Below are positions 34,791 through 35,850 of a stretch of DNA of 35,850 nucleotides, in pieces (position 1 is the stretch's first letter; each line of letters starts with the position of its first letter). The stretch is from Nemertoderma westbladi (lineage: Eukaryota; Animalia; Xenacoelomorpha), in assembly GCA_032718475.1 (NCBI GenBank), contig JAUCBJ010006180.1:1-35850 (forward strand), written 5' to 3'. The position numbers and the translations under genes were made by a program. The notes beneath the pieces were generated by a model that saw only the letters and a list, made by a program, of their open reading frames with translations, ran no database searches and was not told the origin of the DNA.

Positions 34791-35313
34791 GTAAATGTTT
34801 GAACGCGAATTTCTCGGCATCGCTCGTTCGGAATTGAACCAAACTTAGTAGGTAAGTAGTAGAGAGAAAGTTTAGAAAGTTTGTAAAGTTTGGTGAAAAA
34901 TCATGCAGTCTGACGTCAGCTACGACAGATTATGTGGTTTTTAGAAAATGTTAAATTTCTCGGGAAGGCCTCATTTTCCTGAGCTGAAATTTTGATGGCC
35001 TGTAGAGAATCATGAAGTCTATCTTTTACGAAATTGAAAAGTTAAGACATTTAATTGGGGATCCGCTAGAGACTCAGAAGTAATGACATAGGCCTACCGG
35101 TACGGTACTGCTGTACAGTGGTGCACTGGTAAGTACGAAATTGCAGAATAACAATTTGACACCACCTAGCGGATTAACATATGATTGTATATCGAATGAA
35201 TACATTTATAGCATGGGATATGGGGTCCAAACTAGACATGCCCCATTTGCTCTATATGAACCGTATGCCAAGGCTTGCCGACTACGTGCTGCGCGAAGTC
35301 CCCACGAACGTGT
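34675..35313 (+). mobile_element. HINE/DINE-1-like element, second subfamily, with (GTCY)n microsatellite
   Basis: Starts tgtggggcgagacacg, ends cgtgctgcgcgaagtccccacgaacgtgt; 54-bp inverted repeats 34687-34740 and 35235-35288; gtct/gtcc run 34738-34789. Confidence 0.8.
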
Positions 35314-35445
35314 AATGTGAGTAGCAAAATAATTGAAAAGGGATCACCAGAATCTGTAAATGAAAGTATTCTTAAGTTTTATTTCATTTTAAACTAGTTT
35401 CGGAATCAGAGACCAATTAAGGTGACAGAAAAAATATCGGTTTAC

Positions 35446-35483
35446 TGAGTAATATTTCAGCCAACAGGCCTTTATCAAACTCA
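35446..35483 (-). ncRNA. Minimal type-I hammerhead motif, U3-A8 core variant
   Basis: Minus strand tgagt-TTGATAA-a-ggcc-tgtt-ggct-GAAA-ta-TT-actca: perfect 5-bp stem I, 4-bp stem II, AUU triplet. Confidence 0.55.
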
Positions 35484-35726
35484 AATTCAGAGTATATCGC
35501 ACAACAGAGAAGCTCACTATAGATATAGAAATACAATTTGAATTTCCGTCTGATTTTAAATTTAATAAATATAAAGTAAATTAATTTTAATTTCAAATTG
35601 AAATCTATTCTAAAATTAATATTGTGTCGTATAATGAAAATAAAATAGTGAAAATGTATGAAAAATTATAAAATTACTGTAACTTAATGTACACATGAAA
35701 TATTTATATTACAATTTACATCACTG

Positions 35727-35850
35727 TGTGCAAAGTAGTACTTTGCAGCGTTATGATCCGAGTTTATTTATGTACCGAGCGAGCGCAGCGAGGGAGGTTT
35801 ACATAAATAAACAAGGGTCTTTAACGCTGAAAAGTGACCTTTGCAAGCAA
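35727..35850 (-). repeat. Second copy of the 31925-32052 dispersed repeat, cut by the window end
   Basis: Reverse complement aligns over about 125 bp with few mismatches. Confidence 0.8.

Overview
Eukaryotic, most likely bilaterian invertebrate, nuclear DNA; nothing prokaryotic and no CRISPR. Three conserved genes are present, each as one uninterrupted ORF: an ABTB2/ABTB3(BTBD11)-family histone-fold/ankyrin/BTB protein (+), Integrator endonuclease INTS11 (-) and ribosomal protein uL16/RPL10 (+). The rest is mostly repeats: a 3.3-kb Foldback/MULE-type element with 53-bp arrays in both arms and a 9-bp TSD, a 6-kb 40-bp E-box satellite, several MITEs, Helentron-associated (HINE/DINE-1/pearl-like) elements whose cores carry CTCF-like motifs, an RTE-type LINE remnant, and two Penelope-like inverted-repeat insertions. 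Highlights: (1) minimal type-I hammerhead ribozyme motifs at three loci, one replacing the anticodon arm of a tRNA-like Pol III unit; (2) all three normally intron-rich genes lack coding introns in a non-compact genome; (3) paired-copy evidence that the abundant TACCGGTA/TAGGCCTA palindromes are 6-bp insertions at TA, resembling transposon excision footprints; (4) one internal module shared by MITEs with different termini. Coordinates were read by eye and may be off by a few bases; family names come from motif recognition, not database searches.
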